Under the pieces are notes generated by a model. That model did no database searches. It saw only the letters and a program-made list of their open reading frames with translations, and was not told the origin of the DNA. Of a stretch of DNA of 64,000 nucleotides, positions 16,372-34,278 are shown piece after piece. The position numbers and the translations under genes were made by a program. The DNA comes from the human T2T-CHM13v2.0 reference genome, Homo sapiens: the NCBI RefSeq assembly GCF_009914755.1, contig NC_060929.1; one strand, 5' to 3'. Every line of letters begins with the position of its first letter. Positions within the stretch are counted from its first letter, which is position 1.

Positions 16372-16679
16372 GACCACTAGTAACACCAACAATGAGACAA
16401 CTGGCTCCTAGTAACACCAACAATGAGACATACTACATTAGGAATGTACAGTTAAAATACTGTGTCTTAAAGTCACCAGAAATAATAATTCTTCATGGAA
16501 TTATACCAAAATTTTACATATATTAAAATCACTTATTTTGTTTTTTGGGGGGAAGAGTAAATTTTTTCTCCTTTTGAATTGCTTTTAGTACATAAAAAGA
16601 TTTACATGGCTCCCCTAAAATTGCTCTTCTTTCTCAGGTTTCTTCTAGTTCTCCTTGCTTTTTTTATTCTTTTAAATGG

Positions 16680-19480
<2,801 letters not shown>

Positions 19481-19482
19481 TG

Positions 19483-19804
19483 GGCCAGGCATGGTGGCTC
19501 ACACCTGTAAGTCCAACACTTGGGAGGTTGAGGTGGGAGGATTGTTTGAGGTCAAGAGTTCGAGATCAGCCTGTGAAACATAGCAAGGCTGTCTCTACAA
19601 AAACAATAACAACAACAACAACAACAAATTAGCTGGGTATGGTGGGGTGCATCTGTAGTCCCAGCTACTTGAGAGACTGAGGAGAGAGGCTCACTTGAGC
19701 CCAGGAGTCCAAGGCTGCGCTGAGCTATCGCACCACCGCACACTCTACTCTCGGTAAGCCCCTTTTCTTTAAGAAAAAAAGAAAAAAAAAAAAGAAAAAA
19801 AAAA
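19483..19804 (+). mobile_element. Alu (J-like)
   Basis: Dimer with a (CAA)n linker. Confidence 0.85.
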
Positions 19805-21313
19805 GTTAAAACAAGGAGATTACTTTACAATGTGTCAGATTAAGATGACTAACTTATCAGGTGATCAAGAATGTGTTCAGTAACAGACACTTCCAATCAC
19901 CAGTGGAGTTAATCAAATCTGTACAAATAGACAAAACCATTTGACCAGGCATTTTTAACAATTCTGAAAAATTTCACCTATTTTGGATTGTTTTCTCCTA
20001 TAACTCATAAAGCATTTAAAATTATACCAATCATCAATAAATTTAAATTTTTGAAATTTAAAAATTACCAGCCATAAATACATATACTTGATGTGACTTT
20101 TTATTTTATATACTTGTTTTTCTGAAATACTGAAGAATAAATTGGAGATATAATGCTTCTTGACCCCAAAATATGTCAACATGTAACTGCTAACAATAAG
20201 GACTTTGTCTTACAGAACCACAGTATGGTTATCAAACTCAGGGAATTTGATATTATCCAATCTGTAGTGCATATTTTGAATTCATCAATTGCACCAACAA
20301 TGTCATTTATAGCTATGCCTATGATTTCTCCTTTTCTTCCTCCTCATATGAAAATATTACATAAAGTATGTAAAACAAGCACTAAAACAGAATGTATAAC
20401 ACTGAAGTAAAAGCAGTATTTCTTTTGCATATAGTATGAGAAATACAAAATACAACTAAAAAGTCAGAAAATCAATACTGCCTGGGCAGTTTTCTTGCCA
20501 TGTTCCTCAATACATACATTAAAAAGAAAGAATTCTGAGGCTCTAATAGGAATCCCATATATTCAGTGCTTAAAGAAAATAAATTTGAAACAATACATAC
20601 TCCATCCTTGAAAAAACTTGAATTCAAGAAACATTCACTGAATACTTACTATGCAGGCAGTACTCTGCGATACTCTCGGAGACACAAGTGGAATAAGACA
20701 TAATCTTTGCCCTGTAAGAGCTTAAAATCCAGTTGCTCACATAAAATTAGGGATAGTGAGTTCATGGTTATACAGATGATCCAGTTTAAGAAAGAGAAAA
20801 CAAACTATTTGAAGGTATCAATCTGACTATAGCACCATGAAATGGAAAAGTAGTTTGGTTTTGAGCCCTTACATTAAAATGCTTCATTAAGAATTCAATT
20901 TCTCTTCTTGACAGTTCAAATCTAATCAGATGACATGGTCATCTACATGAGATCCTAGTAGGACAATGAGTCCACTCGGTATATGCTGTTTTCTAGTCAG
21001 GTCATCTTAGAACAACGTAAAAAGCAAGCTGTGTTCTTGATTCTTCTAATACTTAAAAAAAAAAATTCTAAAGTTACATCAACTACTTAGCTCTTTTAAG
21101 AAAAAATAAAGAATTATTCCTTAAATACACTCTTAAATAAAAACTTATCTTAAATAATTAAAAAGTGAAAATACTAACACCATTTCTTACTTGGATCTAA
21201 TTGTATGTCTTTTTACTTTTCTCTACTTCATTCTCTCTAGTCTAGGGCACAGACTATAGAATTCAAAGTTTATTGAAAAAGTAAAATTGAATGGGAAAGA
21301 AGAAATCACCTGA

Positions 21314-21620
21314 GGCTGGGCGCAGTGACCCACGCCTGTAATCTCAGCACTTTGGGAGGCCAAGGCAGATGGATCACCTGAGGTCAGGAGTTCGAGACCA
21401 GCCTGGCCAACATGGTGAAACCCCCATGGCTGCTAAAAAATAGAAAAACTAGCTGGGAATGGTGCCAGGTGCCTGTAATCCCAGCTACTCAGGAGGCTAG
21501 GGCAGGAAAACTGCTTAAACCTAGGAGGCGGAGGTTGCAGTGAGCCAAGACTGCACCATTGCACTCCAGCCTGGGCACCAAGAATGAAACTCTGTCTCAA
21601 AAAAAAAAAAAAAAAAAAAA
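21314..21620 (+). mobile_element. Alu
   Basis: TSD AAATCACYTGA. Confidence 0.9.
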
Positions 21621-21914
21621 TCACTTGAAAACTCATGGTCCCCTTTTAAAACTTCTAATTTTCTGGTAGAAGGGGGTAAAAAATACCAAATCTGCAAATT
21701 ATATGTAAGTGTATCATGTTTCACACTCTCTTGAGGATCAAAAAAAGTCTGAAGAGACAGAAATAGATAAACCTGGTAGATAGTTCTGATGCTACTTGAT
21801 GAAATCTCTAAAAGGTCATAGTAATAAAACCTCCTTAAGTGTTTAAAGCCTACTACATTTAAAGTTAAAACTGAAGCATATCAAAAACAATTCAGCATTC
21901 TTTAAAGTTCTTAC

Positions 21915-21984
21915 CACAATCATTTCTGAAGGCTCTAATACAAGACAATCACATCCTCTTTTTCCTCCAAACTGCTTACCAAAA
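21915..21984 (-). CDS. RAPGEF6: RAPGEF6 coding exon (about exon 5), 70 nt, (S)FGKQFGGKRGCDCLVLEPSEMIV
   Basis: ttttatag|TTTTGGTAAG...ATTGTG|gtaaga. Phase 2-0 links the 52327 and 8132 exons in frame. Too short for the ORF track. Confidence 0.93.
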
Positions 21985-22447
21985 CTATAAAAACAGAAAA
22001 ACAATTTCTTTAGCAAAGGTTATTAATAAAATATATCAATATAGGAAAAGAAAACAAACAAACAACAAAAAAGCCCTGAGATATTATCCAAGAAATTCTG
22101 ATCCTGTCACAATATTTATGTTAAGATTTTCTAAAAAAGAAAGAAAAAAAAAAACCTTTCTCTTAATTGTCCAGATATAACTGATCTCAATACTATATGA
22201 AAATTCTTTTTAAACTTCTGCCTTTAACTAGTCCCTAAAATTAATTATAAAAGATAACTGTCTAATCTCAAATTTCTAACATCTGTCAATATACGTTGCA
22301 CAAAGAAAAAAATACACTTAGTAAAAATCTAATAAAAGTGATAACCTGATTAGGCAATTTAATAAAAGTAAATTATTATAATCTTTTGGGAGCAGTGTTA
22401 AGACAACAGATACTAAAAATAAAAAAACTTAAAAAATATTGACACTT

Positions 22448-22785
22448 GAGTAGTCTCTTGGTATCCAACTGGGATTGGTTCCAGAATCCCCAAGGATACA
22501 AAAATCTACCAGTGCTCAAGCGCCTAACATAAAATGATGTAGCATTTGCATATAACCTATGTGCATCCTTCCATATGCTTTAAATCAACTTGAGATTTTT
22601 AATAATACCTAATACACGGGAAATGCTACATAAATAGTTGTTATGCTTTATTGCTTAGGGAATAATGACAAGTAAAACAAGTCTATATATGCTTAGTAGA
22701 GATGCAACCATCCATTTTTTTTTCCAGGATCAGCAGTTGCTTGAATTAATGGATGTGAAACCCACGGATATGAAGTGCCAACTAT
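22448..22785 (+). mobile_element. MER2-type Tigger MITE
   Basis: Inverted termini (ctcttggtatcc / ggatatgaagtgccaact) and a typical internal sequence. Confidence 0.65.
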
Positions 22786-23444
22786 ATATAAAGAAATGTA
22801 GTTAGATATAAAGATGACTTCTTAAAAGAAAGTGTTGGAGTCACAGCTCTTTGGAAAAAACTAAAGCTGGACCAGTACTAAAAGACAGTATTTTTATATT
22901 CTTGGTCTCAGAAAGATTTCTCAGCATATCAAAAAGAAAGCAACCACAGAGAAAAAGATAGGTTTCCATTTTAAAAGATAACCTGAATTTTTTTTAATGA
23001 AGAATAAAAAAAAGCCCTGTCAACTATACTAAGACACAAATGACTTACATATGAAATATACAGAGCTCACTCAAAATAATGATAAAGCAACCAAAAGTAT
23101 TATCATATATGAAAATTTAGTGCCAGTGTCAGTTAGTAAATAAAACATATAAATATTACTCCAAAATAACCAAATGGAAAAAAAACATTAATCATTCAAA
23201 CAAAACAAAATACCAAAAAACATCTAATAAATAAATAAGTCATTTATAAAGAAAATTATACAACTTCATTGATGGGCTAGAAACAAAGCTTAAAGTAACA
23301 TAGCTATACTTTTATGGGAAGGCTAAATATTTAAAAATGTCAATTTCCCAAAGTATAAGGTTCTATACAAATAACAGTTAATAACAAAATTCTAATCAAA
23401 ATCCAAACAAAATAACTTTTGAACATAACCAAAAAATCACTTAT

Positions 23445-23741
23445 GTTTTTTCTTCGAGACAGCATCTCACTCTGTGATCACCCAGGCTGCAGTGCAGTGG
23501 TGCAATCACGGCTCACTGTAGCCTCGACATCCCTGGGCTCAGGTGATCTTCCCATATCAGTCCCAAGTAGCTGGGACTACAGGCATGCACTACCATGCCT
23601 GGCGAATTTTTTAAATTTTTTGTAGAGACAGGGGTTTTGTCATTTTCACTATGCTGGTCTTGAACTCCTGGGCTCAAGCAATCCACCCACCTTGGCCTCC
23701 CAAAGTGCTAGGATTACAGGCGTGAGCCACTGCACCAGGCC
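23445..23741 (-). mobile_element. Alu (J-like)
   Basis: Full dimer. Confidence 0.88.
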
Positions 23742-23834
23742 TCACTTGTTTTTTCTTAAGCAGAAGATCCTTATCTTTTGTTTCCCCCAAATTCTTGTAT
23801 CACCTAATACATTTAAAAAAGCAAATCTGTAAAA

Positions 23835-25800
23835 GTTTGCTTTCATGCAAGATGGAATAACAGGGACTGGGTTTACTCTCCCACCTGAGGACAAAAACAG
23901 AAAACAAAACAAAATATATAAAACAACAATTTCAAGACACCAAAAAGAAGGCAGGGCAGGGCTGTAATTCCTGAGGGAGGAAACAAAAAACTAAGATGAC
24001 TCTTGCAATACACCATTTTACCACCTACAGGCAAGAGAAGCGTAACACAGCCTGACAATTTCGCTGAGTTGAAAAGCTAATAAGCGTTTTGGGGTGTGGA
24101 TGACAGGGGAAAGATACTTAGAATTTGCAAGGCAGTGTTCCTGAAAAGAGGGAGAGCAGCAAAGAGATACGGGGAGAGAGAGAACAACATTGTGCACAAG
24201 AGTATGCATGAGCATTTGTGTGCATATATGCTTTGAAGAAAGGTCCTCTTGAGTCTTTGAGTGAGTACTGTGGATATGTGAGAACAAAGAGTCACAGAGG
24301 AAAGACGACATAATACATGGGGTACTAGGTAGGGTCCTCAGGAATGTATTTCCTCAGTAACAAAATAAATTAGTCCCACACTAAAGTGCTGAACTTGCGC
24401 AAATACATTTAAAAGATAAAGCTCAGAATAATCAAATAGATTCCAATTAGCTAGACTATACGTTAGAACAAAACCCAATACCACCTAAAGAGATGCAAAA
24501 GCTGGAACCCAGTGACATAAAATTCATGATGACATCAATAAAGAAACAAGCAACAACAAACCAGGCATGCAAAGAAACAGGAAAATATAATCCATAACCA
24601 AGAGAAAAAAACAACCAATAAAAACAGACCCAGAACTATCAGAAGTATAGAAATCAACAGACAACAATATTATAATAGCTATTGCTATGTGTGTTTTGTA
24701 TGTTAAAGAAAGTAACGATAAATACGAACACAACAGAGAGATATAAAAAAGACCTAATGCAATGTTCTATCAAATCACATATGCAGACACATAAGGTCTG
24801 TTTGTTCCATTTATCAGTAATGTTAAAATTGGTGAGTAGCTTCAGACAGTGTCAACTTGACCCACCATTTATAAAGTTTCCTCTCAATTTTCCATCTATT
24901 AGTTTTAGCATTTTTTTTATCAGTACGTAGACTGAAAGCATTATTAGGGCTATTAAAATACGTATTTTATATTTTGATCATCCTTTCTGAATTTATTAGC
25001 TGGGGGCACTAATATAAACTCTCAACTATTTGAGTTCCTAGAACTACTGTTTATATAAAGTGAATTCACTGTATATAAAGTGAATCCTACAAAAAAGCTT
25101 CAGAAATATATTAATTTAGCAAGATTGAATAATAAAAGCGCAATACCCAAAAATCAATTGTTTTATTGTATATTAGCAACAATCAGAAAATAAAATCTTT
25201 TGACTCCATTAAAAATAGAATAAAAATGATACATTTATCAAAATACACACAAGACTTCTACAAAGTTACAAATTTAAAAACTATGAAACATTGCTGAGAA
25301 AAATTGAAGACCTGATTAAAAAGAGATATATCTTGTTTATGGATTAAAATGGCAATTCTCTCCGAAGTGTTCTACAGATTCAATACAATCACAATAAAAA
25401 TCCCAGAAAGTCACCTTGGAGGACTGACATAATGACCCTAAAATTTACATGGAATTGTAAAGAGCCTAAAATAGCTAAAACAACTTTGGAAAATAAGAAC
25501 AAAGTTGAAATATTTATAATATCAGATTCTGGCACACTATTAAAGCTAGAATACTCAAGACAATGTGGTATTTGATCAACTTATAGATCAATAAAACAGG
25601 ATAGAGAGAACAAAAGGAGACCCATAAATACATGTTCAACTGATTTTTGGCAAAGGTACCAAAAGAATTCAATGGAGAAAGATAATCTTTCCTATAAATG
25701 GTGGGAAACAACCAGATATCAATACAGAAGAAACAAAGGCAGTGGGGGATGGAGCTCTTAATATAACACCATAAACAAAAATTAATTATAAGTGGATCAG
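23835..25800 (+). mobile_element. Old L1M 5' region and ORF2 fragments
   Basis: CAAGATGG-type L1M 5' end near 23845, with A-rich ORF2 remnants at 25085-25800. Confidence 0.55.
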
Positions 25801-25802
25801 AA

Positions 25803-26109
<307 letters not shown>

Positions 26110-26603
26110 TCAGGGATACAAATTTAAAAATTAAAACTAAAATATAATAATAAAATTTTTGTACATTCCCTATATCAGAAAGTTCCCTTCTGTATGTCTA
26201 GTTTGTTCAAATACTTTATGCTGAATGAGTTTTAGATTTTTCCCAGAAGCTTTTTCTGCATTTATTGAAAGGATCATGTGGTTTTTGCCTATTATTTTAT
26301 TAATAAAGTATACTGTGTTAACTGACTTACAAATGCCAAACCAACCTTCCATTCCTGGGATAATCCCAACTTGATCATGGTATAAAATACTTTAAATATA
26401 AACCAGGATTCTGTTTTCTGTTATTCTGTTAACAATTTCTGCATGTATATTCATGAGGAATAATAATCTGGAATTTTTTTTCTTGTGATTTTTGCCTAGT
26501 ATTGGTAGCAGTAATACTGGACTAACAGAAATGAGCTGAAAGCATTTTCTCTACCATTACCCTAATACAAAGTCTTTTGGAATGTATGTAATAATGCTTC
26601 TTA

Positions 26604-27062
<459 letters not shown>

Positions 27063-28274
27063 TTAAAATTTCTTTAGGATGTTAATGTCCCCTCTTTTAT
27101 GCCTGATTCTGGAAATTTGTATCTTTTTTTTCATGGTCAGTCTAACTCAAAGTTTATCAAGTTTTGTTAAACTTTTGAAAGAGCCAACTTTTTGTTTCAA
27201 TGATGTTTCTCTGTTATCTTTCTTGTGTTTATTTCATTGATTTCCACTTGAACCTTCCTTGAGCTTGCTTTTGAGTATACTCTGTTCTTTTCATTCTTAA
27301 GATGACTAGATCAAAACCATTCTTTTCTCATAAATATGATCTAAATTTCCCTGAAAGTACTGCTTTAGCTGCATCCCATAAATTTTGATGTGTGTTCACT
27401 TCCACTGTGTTCAAAATATTTTCTTCTAATTTCTCTTGAAGTCTTCCTTGGTCTATTATTCATTTACAAATGTTATCTAAGTTCTCCTATTTCTTTCTGA
27501 TATTGATTTATAACAGAATTGCACTGTAGTCAGTGGACAAACTTCAAATGATTTCATTCCTTTCAATGTAATGAGACTTGTGTTATGTTACTAGATTATA
27601 CGCCCTATCCTGGAGAATGACCCATAAATCTTGAAAAAAAAGATTATATATCAGATCAAAGTGGTTGGTAATACTTTTCAAGCTATACCTTTACTAATTT
27701 TCAGTCTAGTGGTTCTATTATTGAAAGACTTTTGAAATCACAAACTATAATAGTTGAACTCCTACTAATCCTTTCAATTCTGTCAGTTTTTACTTCATAT
27801 ATTTTGAAGCTCTGCTATTAAATATACAATAAAAATTGCTATGTATTCCTAATGTATTAATCCTTTTAACACTACGAAATTTTGCTTCTGGTCTCTAGTA
27901 ATATTTCTTGTCTTAAAATCTATTTTGACTCAGGCTCTAGTTCTCTCATGAATATAGTTTGCCTGGTATATCTCTCAATCCTTTTCAACTTATTTGTGCT
28001 TTTACAGCTAAAGTGTGTTTCCTGTATACAGCAGATAATAGGATTTTGAATTGTCACAGAACCTGATAATCTCTTTTGATTGGAATATTTAGACTATGCA
28101 CATGTAATGAAATTACTAACTTGTCTGGATTATGTCTTCCATTTTCCTATTTTTTAAATGTCTCATCTGTTTTGTTCCTCTGTTCTTCCTGTACTACTAT
28201 CATTTCTGTCAAATATTTTTGTTTAGTATCCCATTTTAATTCCTTTGTTGATTTTTTAAATGTTATTTTTGTTA

Positions 28275-28557
<283 letters not shown>

Positions 28558-29661
28558 GATTTTTGTTATATTCTTGATGGTTAATCTGTGGGATTGCAAT
28601 ATGCTTCAGGAACAAGCAAAGGTGGTCCACTCTCACCACTTCCAATCTACTCCATACTGGAGACTCTCACCAGTACAATAAGGCAAGAAAAGACATTAAA
28701 GGCATACAGACTGGAAAGAAAGAAATGAAACTATGTTTAACATAGTAGACTGATCCTGCATGTAGAAAATTCTAAGGAATCTACAAATATAAACTACTAG
28801 ATCTAATAAAAGATTATATCAAGGTCACAGGATATAAGATCAATATGCAAAAACCAACTGTATTTCTATATACTAGCAATGAATAATATGAAAATGAAAT
28901 TAAGATACAATTCCATTCATAATCCTATTAAGAAGAATAAAATATTTGGAAATGATTTAACAAAAGTGTAAGACTTATACACTGAAAAATACAAAATATT
29001 GCTGAAAGAAATAAAAGATAAATATATGCAGAAGCAAGCCATGTTCATAGGCTGGAAACACAATATAGTTAAGACTGCAATTCTCCCCAAATTAATCTAT
29101 AGATTCAAATCATTTCCTATCAAAACCCCAACAGGCTTTACGGTATAAATTGACAAGCAAATCCTTAAATGTATATGAATATACAAAAACCTAAAATAGC
29201 CAAAGCCATTATAAAAACGAACAAAGTTGTAAGACTTACTGGATTTGAAGTTACAATAAAGCTACAATAATCAAGACAGTCAGGATTGGTACCAAGACAG
29301 AAAAATAGTTAAAGGAGACAGAACAAATGGTACAGAAAACAAACACACATATTTATGGTTAACTGATTTTCAACAAAGGTACCAAGGCAATTCAATGGGG
29401 AAAAAAACAGCCTTTTCAATAAACCATGCTAGGTAAAATGAATATGCAAATATCCATATGCAAAAATATATATATACAAACAAAACAAAAAATTAACTCA
29501 CAATGGATCACAGACCAAAATGTAAGAACTAAATTTTAAAACTTTTAGAAAAAACTGTAAGATGAAATAATCGTGAGGTTGAAGATTTCTTAGCTATGAC
29601 ACCAAAAGCTCTATTCTCAAAAATAAACCTTAAAGTAGATATCATCAATATTAAAGTTTTA

Positions 29662-30037
<376 letters not shown>

Positions 30038-30841
30038 CTACATATATGACATAGAACTTGGATCCAAAATAGATACATTCTTACAATTTGATAAGACAGT
30101 ACAATTTAAAAATGGAGAAAATGTCTGAATAGACATTTCACCAAAGAAGATACAGGAATGTCTAGTAAGCACATAAAAAGACCCCCTACATCACTCATCA
30201 CTACTGAACTACAAATTAACATCACAGTAAGACACTGTTAAATATACACCAGAATGGCAAATAATATAAAAGACTGTCAATACCAAGTGGTGGTCAGAAT
30301 GTAAAATGGTACAGTCATTTTATAAACAATTTGGTCTTTTCCCAAGAAGTTAAACATGTACTTACATAACACAGCAATTCTACTCCTGCATATCTATAAT
30401 AAAGAAGTGAAAACACATGGCCATATAAAGACTTTTATGTAAATTTTGATAGAAGCATTTTTGTGACAGCCCCAAATTAAAACTAAAATTTTCAATTTTT
30501 AAAATCTTCTGAATGGATAGACAAAATGCAGTATCAACAATTTAAAAAATGGACATGCTAGAATTGATATGTGCTAAAACATGGGTGAGCTATAAAAACA
30601 TTATGCTAAATGAAAAAAACTAGATTAAAAAACTATACAACATATTCCATTTACATAAAATAGCAGAAAATTAAATTTTAAGTAAAATACTCTCTCTATA
30701 TGTAAAATACTCTCTCTCCAGAAAGCCAAACAGTGGTTGTCTGATGAAGAAGGTGTGGAAAGTAGAGATTACAGAGGGGCAACCAGATAAAGGTCATCTA
30801 TGAAAAATTTAGAGCTAAGATTACAGTTGGTGAAAAACTGA

Positions 30842-31196
<355 letters not shown>

Positions 31197-31736
31197 TAAT
31201 AGATTGACAACAAGGATGTTTGCTCCACTCTGTCACAACAATGTACTATAGTTTTCCCCTAGTACAACAAGGAAAAAGAAATAAAAGGCATTCAGATCAA
31301 AATAAGATCTGAATTCAAAAATTCTTATTCAAAAATAAGAAATGAAGCTGTTTATTCACAGATGACAAGATCACTTACGTACAAAAATACTAAAAAAATA
31401 TAAAACAGCAATTAGAATAAGTGATTTAATAAGGCTGCAAGATGTAAGATCAGCATATACAATATCTCTACACTGAAAACTGCAAAACATCATTGAGAGA
31501 AATTAAAGACCTAAATAAATGGAGTGATGTACCTCATTCATGGTTTAAAAGAATCAACTATTAAGATGTTCACTTCTCCCTAAACTGGTTTATAGATTCA
31601 GTGCATTCCCAATCAAAACCTCAGCAGGTGTTTTTGTTTTTAATTAACAAACTGATGCTAGAAATCATACGGAACTGCAAAGAACATATGAAAACAAATA
31701 ACCAAAACAATTTTTACGAAGTTGGAGGATCCATAC

Positions 31737-32102
31737 TGGTAAGTCCTCTGAGCTGGCCACACCATGGTCAAGCCATCGTGACATTCCCGCCACCACCGCC
31801 CCCAGCCTGTGATAATGTACCCTTGTGAATGTACTTTGTAACATTCCTCCCCGCCCTTGTGAATGTTACTTTGTAACATCCTCCCAGCCCTTGAGAATGT
31901 ACTTTGTAATATCCATCCCCTGCCTGCAAAAAATTGCTCCTAACACCACCGCCTATCTCAAACCTATAAGAACCTATGATAATCCCACCACCTTTCACTG
32001 ACTCCTTTCTTGGACTCAGCCCACTTGAACCCAAGTGAATAAACAGCTTTGTTGCTCAAACTAAGCCTGCTCAGGTGGTCACTTATATGGACGTGCGTAA
32101 CA
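31737..32102 (+). mobile_element. 5' LTR of provirus (366 bp; LTR7-related R/U5, LTR21-like)
   Basis: Homologous to 41646-42118. TATAA at 31965-69, AATAAA at 32038-43, ends GTAACA just before the PBS. Subfamily name is from recall. Confidence 0.88.
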
Positions 32103-32104
32103 TT

Positions 32105-32123
32105 TGGTGCCGAACACCCAGGA
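32105..32123 (+). promoter_or_regulatory. Primer-binding site, tRNA-Phe type
   Basis: TGGTGCCGAACACCCAGGA compared with the tRNA-Phe complement TGGTGCCGAAACCCGGGA (1 insertion, 1 mismatch). Poorer match to the tRNA-His complement TGGTGCCGTGACTCGGAT. Confidence 0.8.
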
Positions 32124-32659
32124 CAGGGGAACTCCTTCGGGAGACCGGTCCCCTGTCCTCACGCTCCCTCCGTGAGGAGATCCACCTATGACCCTGGGTC
32201 ATCAGACCAGCCAGTCCAAGGACCATCTCACCAATTTCAAATCGGTAAGCGGTTCTTCACACTCGGGTAAGCGGTTTTTTCGCTCTCTACCTAACCTCTC
32301 TCGCCTCCCTTCAATCTCTCTCCTTTCAATTTCAGTTTCTCTCCCTTCCAGGTAGAGACAAAAAGGAGACACACTTTATCCGAGCATTTAAAAACTCTGA
32401 CGTCGGTTACTGACTTGGGAAGACACATCTTCCCTTGGTGTCTGATCACCACAGGGACGCCTGCCTTGATCATTCACCCACATTCCCTTGGTGGCAGGTC
32501 AACTGTGGAGATGCCTGCTTTGGCTGATCATGCCTGCTTTGGCTGCTCACCCACATTACAGCCCAAGACTCAGTCAGGGACGCCTACTGGAAGCCTGGTA
32601 GCTGCCCATCTCCATTTCTCCATGTCTCTACCTTCGTCCTTAAATTTACCTTCTCCACT

Positions 32660-34278
32660 ATGGGCAACCTTCCGCCATCCATTCCTCCCTCTTCCCCCTT
32701 AGCCTGTGTTCTTAAAAACCTAAAACCCCTTCAACTAACACCTGACCTAAAACCTAAATGTCTTATTTTCTTCTGTAATACCACTTGGCCCCAATACAAA
32801 CTCGACAATAGTTCCAAGTGGCCAGAGAAATGGCACTTTCGATTTGTCTTCTTACAAAACCTAGATAATTTTTGTCAAAAATTGCGCAAATGGTCTGAGG
32901 TGCCTTACATCCATGCATTTTTTACACTTCGCTCCCTCCCTAGTCTCTGCTCCCAGTGCGACTCATCCCAGACTTTCCTTCTTTCTCTCCCATCTGCTCC
33001 TTTCAGTCTCTGCTCCAAGCTCAGAGTCCTCTGAATCCTCCTTTTCCACTGACCACTCTGACCTCTCTCCTTCTCCCCTGGCCGCACCTTGCCAGGCTGA
33101 ATCAGGTCCCAATTCTTCGGCAGCCTCTGCTCCCCCACTCTATAACCCTTCCATTACCTCCCCTCCTCACACCTGGTCTGGCTTACAGTTTCGTTTAGCA
33201 ATTAGCTCTCCCCTACCTGCCCAACAATTTCCTCTTACAGAGGTGGCTGGAGCTGAAGGCATAGTCAGGGTACGTGTCCCCTTTTCTCTATCAGACCTTT
33301 CCCAAATCAGCCAGCGTTTAGGGTCTTTCTCATCAGACTCCACTAAACATATACAGGAATTCCAATATCTAACTCAGTCCTACAATCTAACCTGGAGTGA
33401 CTTAAATGGAGTCACTCCATTTAAATGGAGAGGTCGTCCTGACCTCTACCCTCTCCTCAGATGAACAAGAAAGAGTTTACTTTCTAGCCCAGTCCTACGC
33501 AGATACCCACCGGCTTCATGAGCCAGGCTTCCAAGAGGGCACCAGGGCAGTTCCCCGAGAGGATTCCCATTGGCAATACCAGACGGACTCCCCAGGTATA
33601 GCTAGGCAAGATTACACAGTCTCCTGCCTAGTCAAGTGGCTCAAAAAGGCAGCATACAAAGTTGTTAATTATGACAGGCTAAAGGAAACTACCCACGGTA
33701 AAGATGAAAACCCAGCCCAGTTCATGGCCCACTTAGCAGCTACCCTTAGACACTTTACAGCCCTAGACCCAGAGGGGCCAGAAGGCCACCTTATCCTTAA
33801 TATGCATTTTATCACCCAATCCACTCCTGACATTAGGAAAAAATTCCAAAAGTTGGATTCTGGCCCTTAAACCCCACAACAGGATTTAAACAATCTCACC
33901 TTCAAGGTGTTCAATAACAGAGAAGAAGCCACCAAGCAGCAGCGTATCTCTAAATTACAGCTACTTGCCTTCACTGTAAGACAACCCACAACCATGTCTC
34001 CAGCATACAAAACCTTCAGAACATCCAAGCCACAGCTCCCATGGGCTCCATCAAAACCTCCTCATGGACCTTGCTTCAAATGCCAAAAGCCTGGCCACTG
34101 GGCCTCAGAATGCCTGCAGCCCGGGATTCCTTCTAAGCTGTGCCCTATCTGTGCGGGACCCCACTGGAAGTCAGATTGTCCAATTCACATCGCCGCTGCT
34201 CCTAAAGCTCCTGGAGCTCAAACCCAATGTTCCTTGGCCAACTCCTTCCCAGATCTTGGCTTAGCGGCTGAAGACTGA
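32660..34278 (+). pseudogene. gag: ERV gag pseudogene (MA-CA-NC)
   Basis: Starts MGNLPPSIPPSSPLACVLKNLKPL (HERV-H-type), has an MHR-like GKDENPAQF and two zinc knuckles (CFKCQKPGHWASEC, CPICAGPHWKSDC). Broken by frameshifts and a TAA at 33868-70. Confidence 0.9.

Noticed and set aside
32105-32123. tRNA gene
   Set aside because: Only an 18-19 nt complement of a tRNA 3' end (the PBS), with no cloverleaf.
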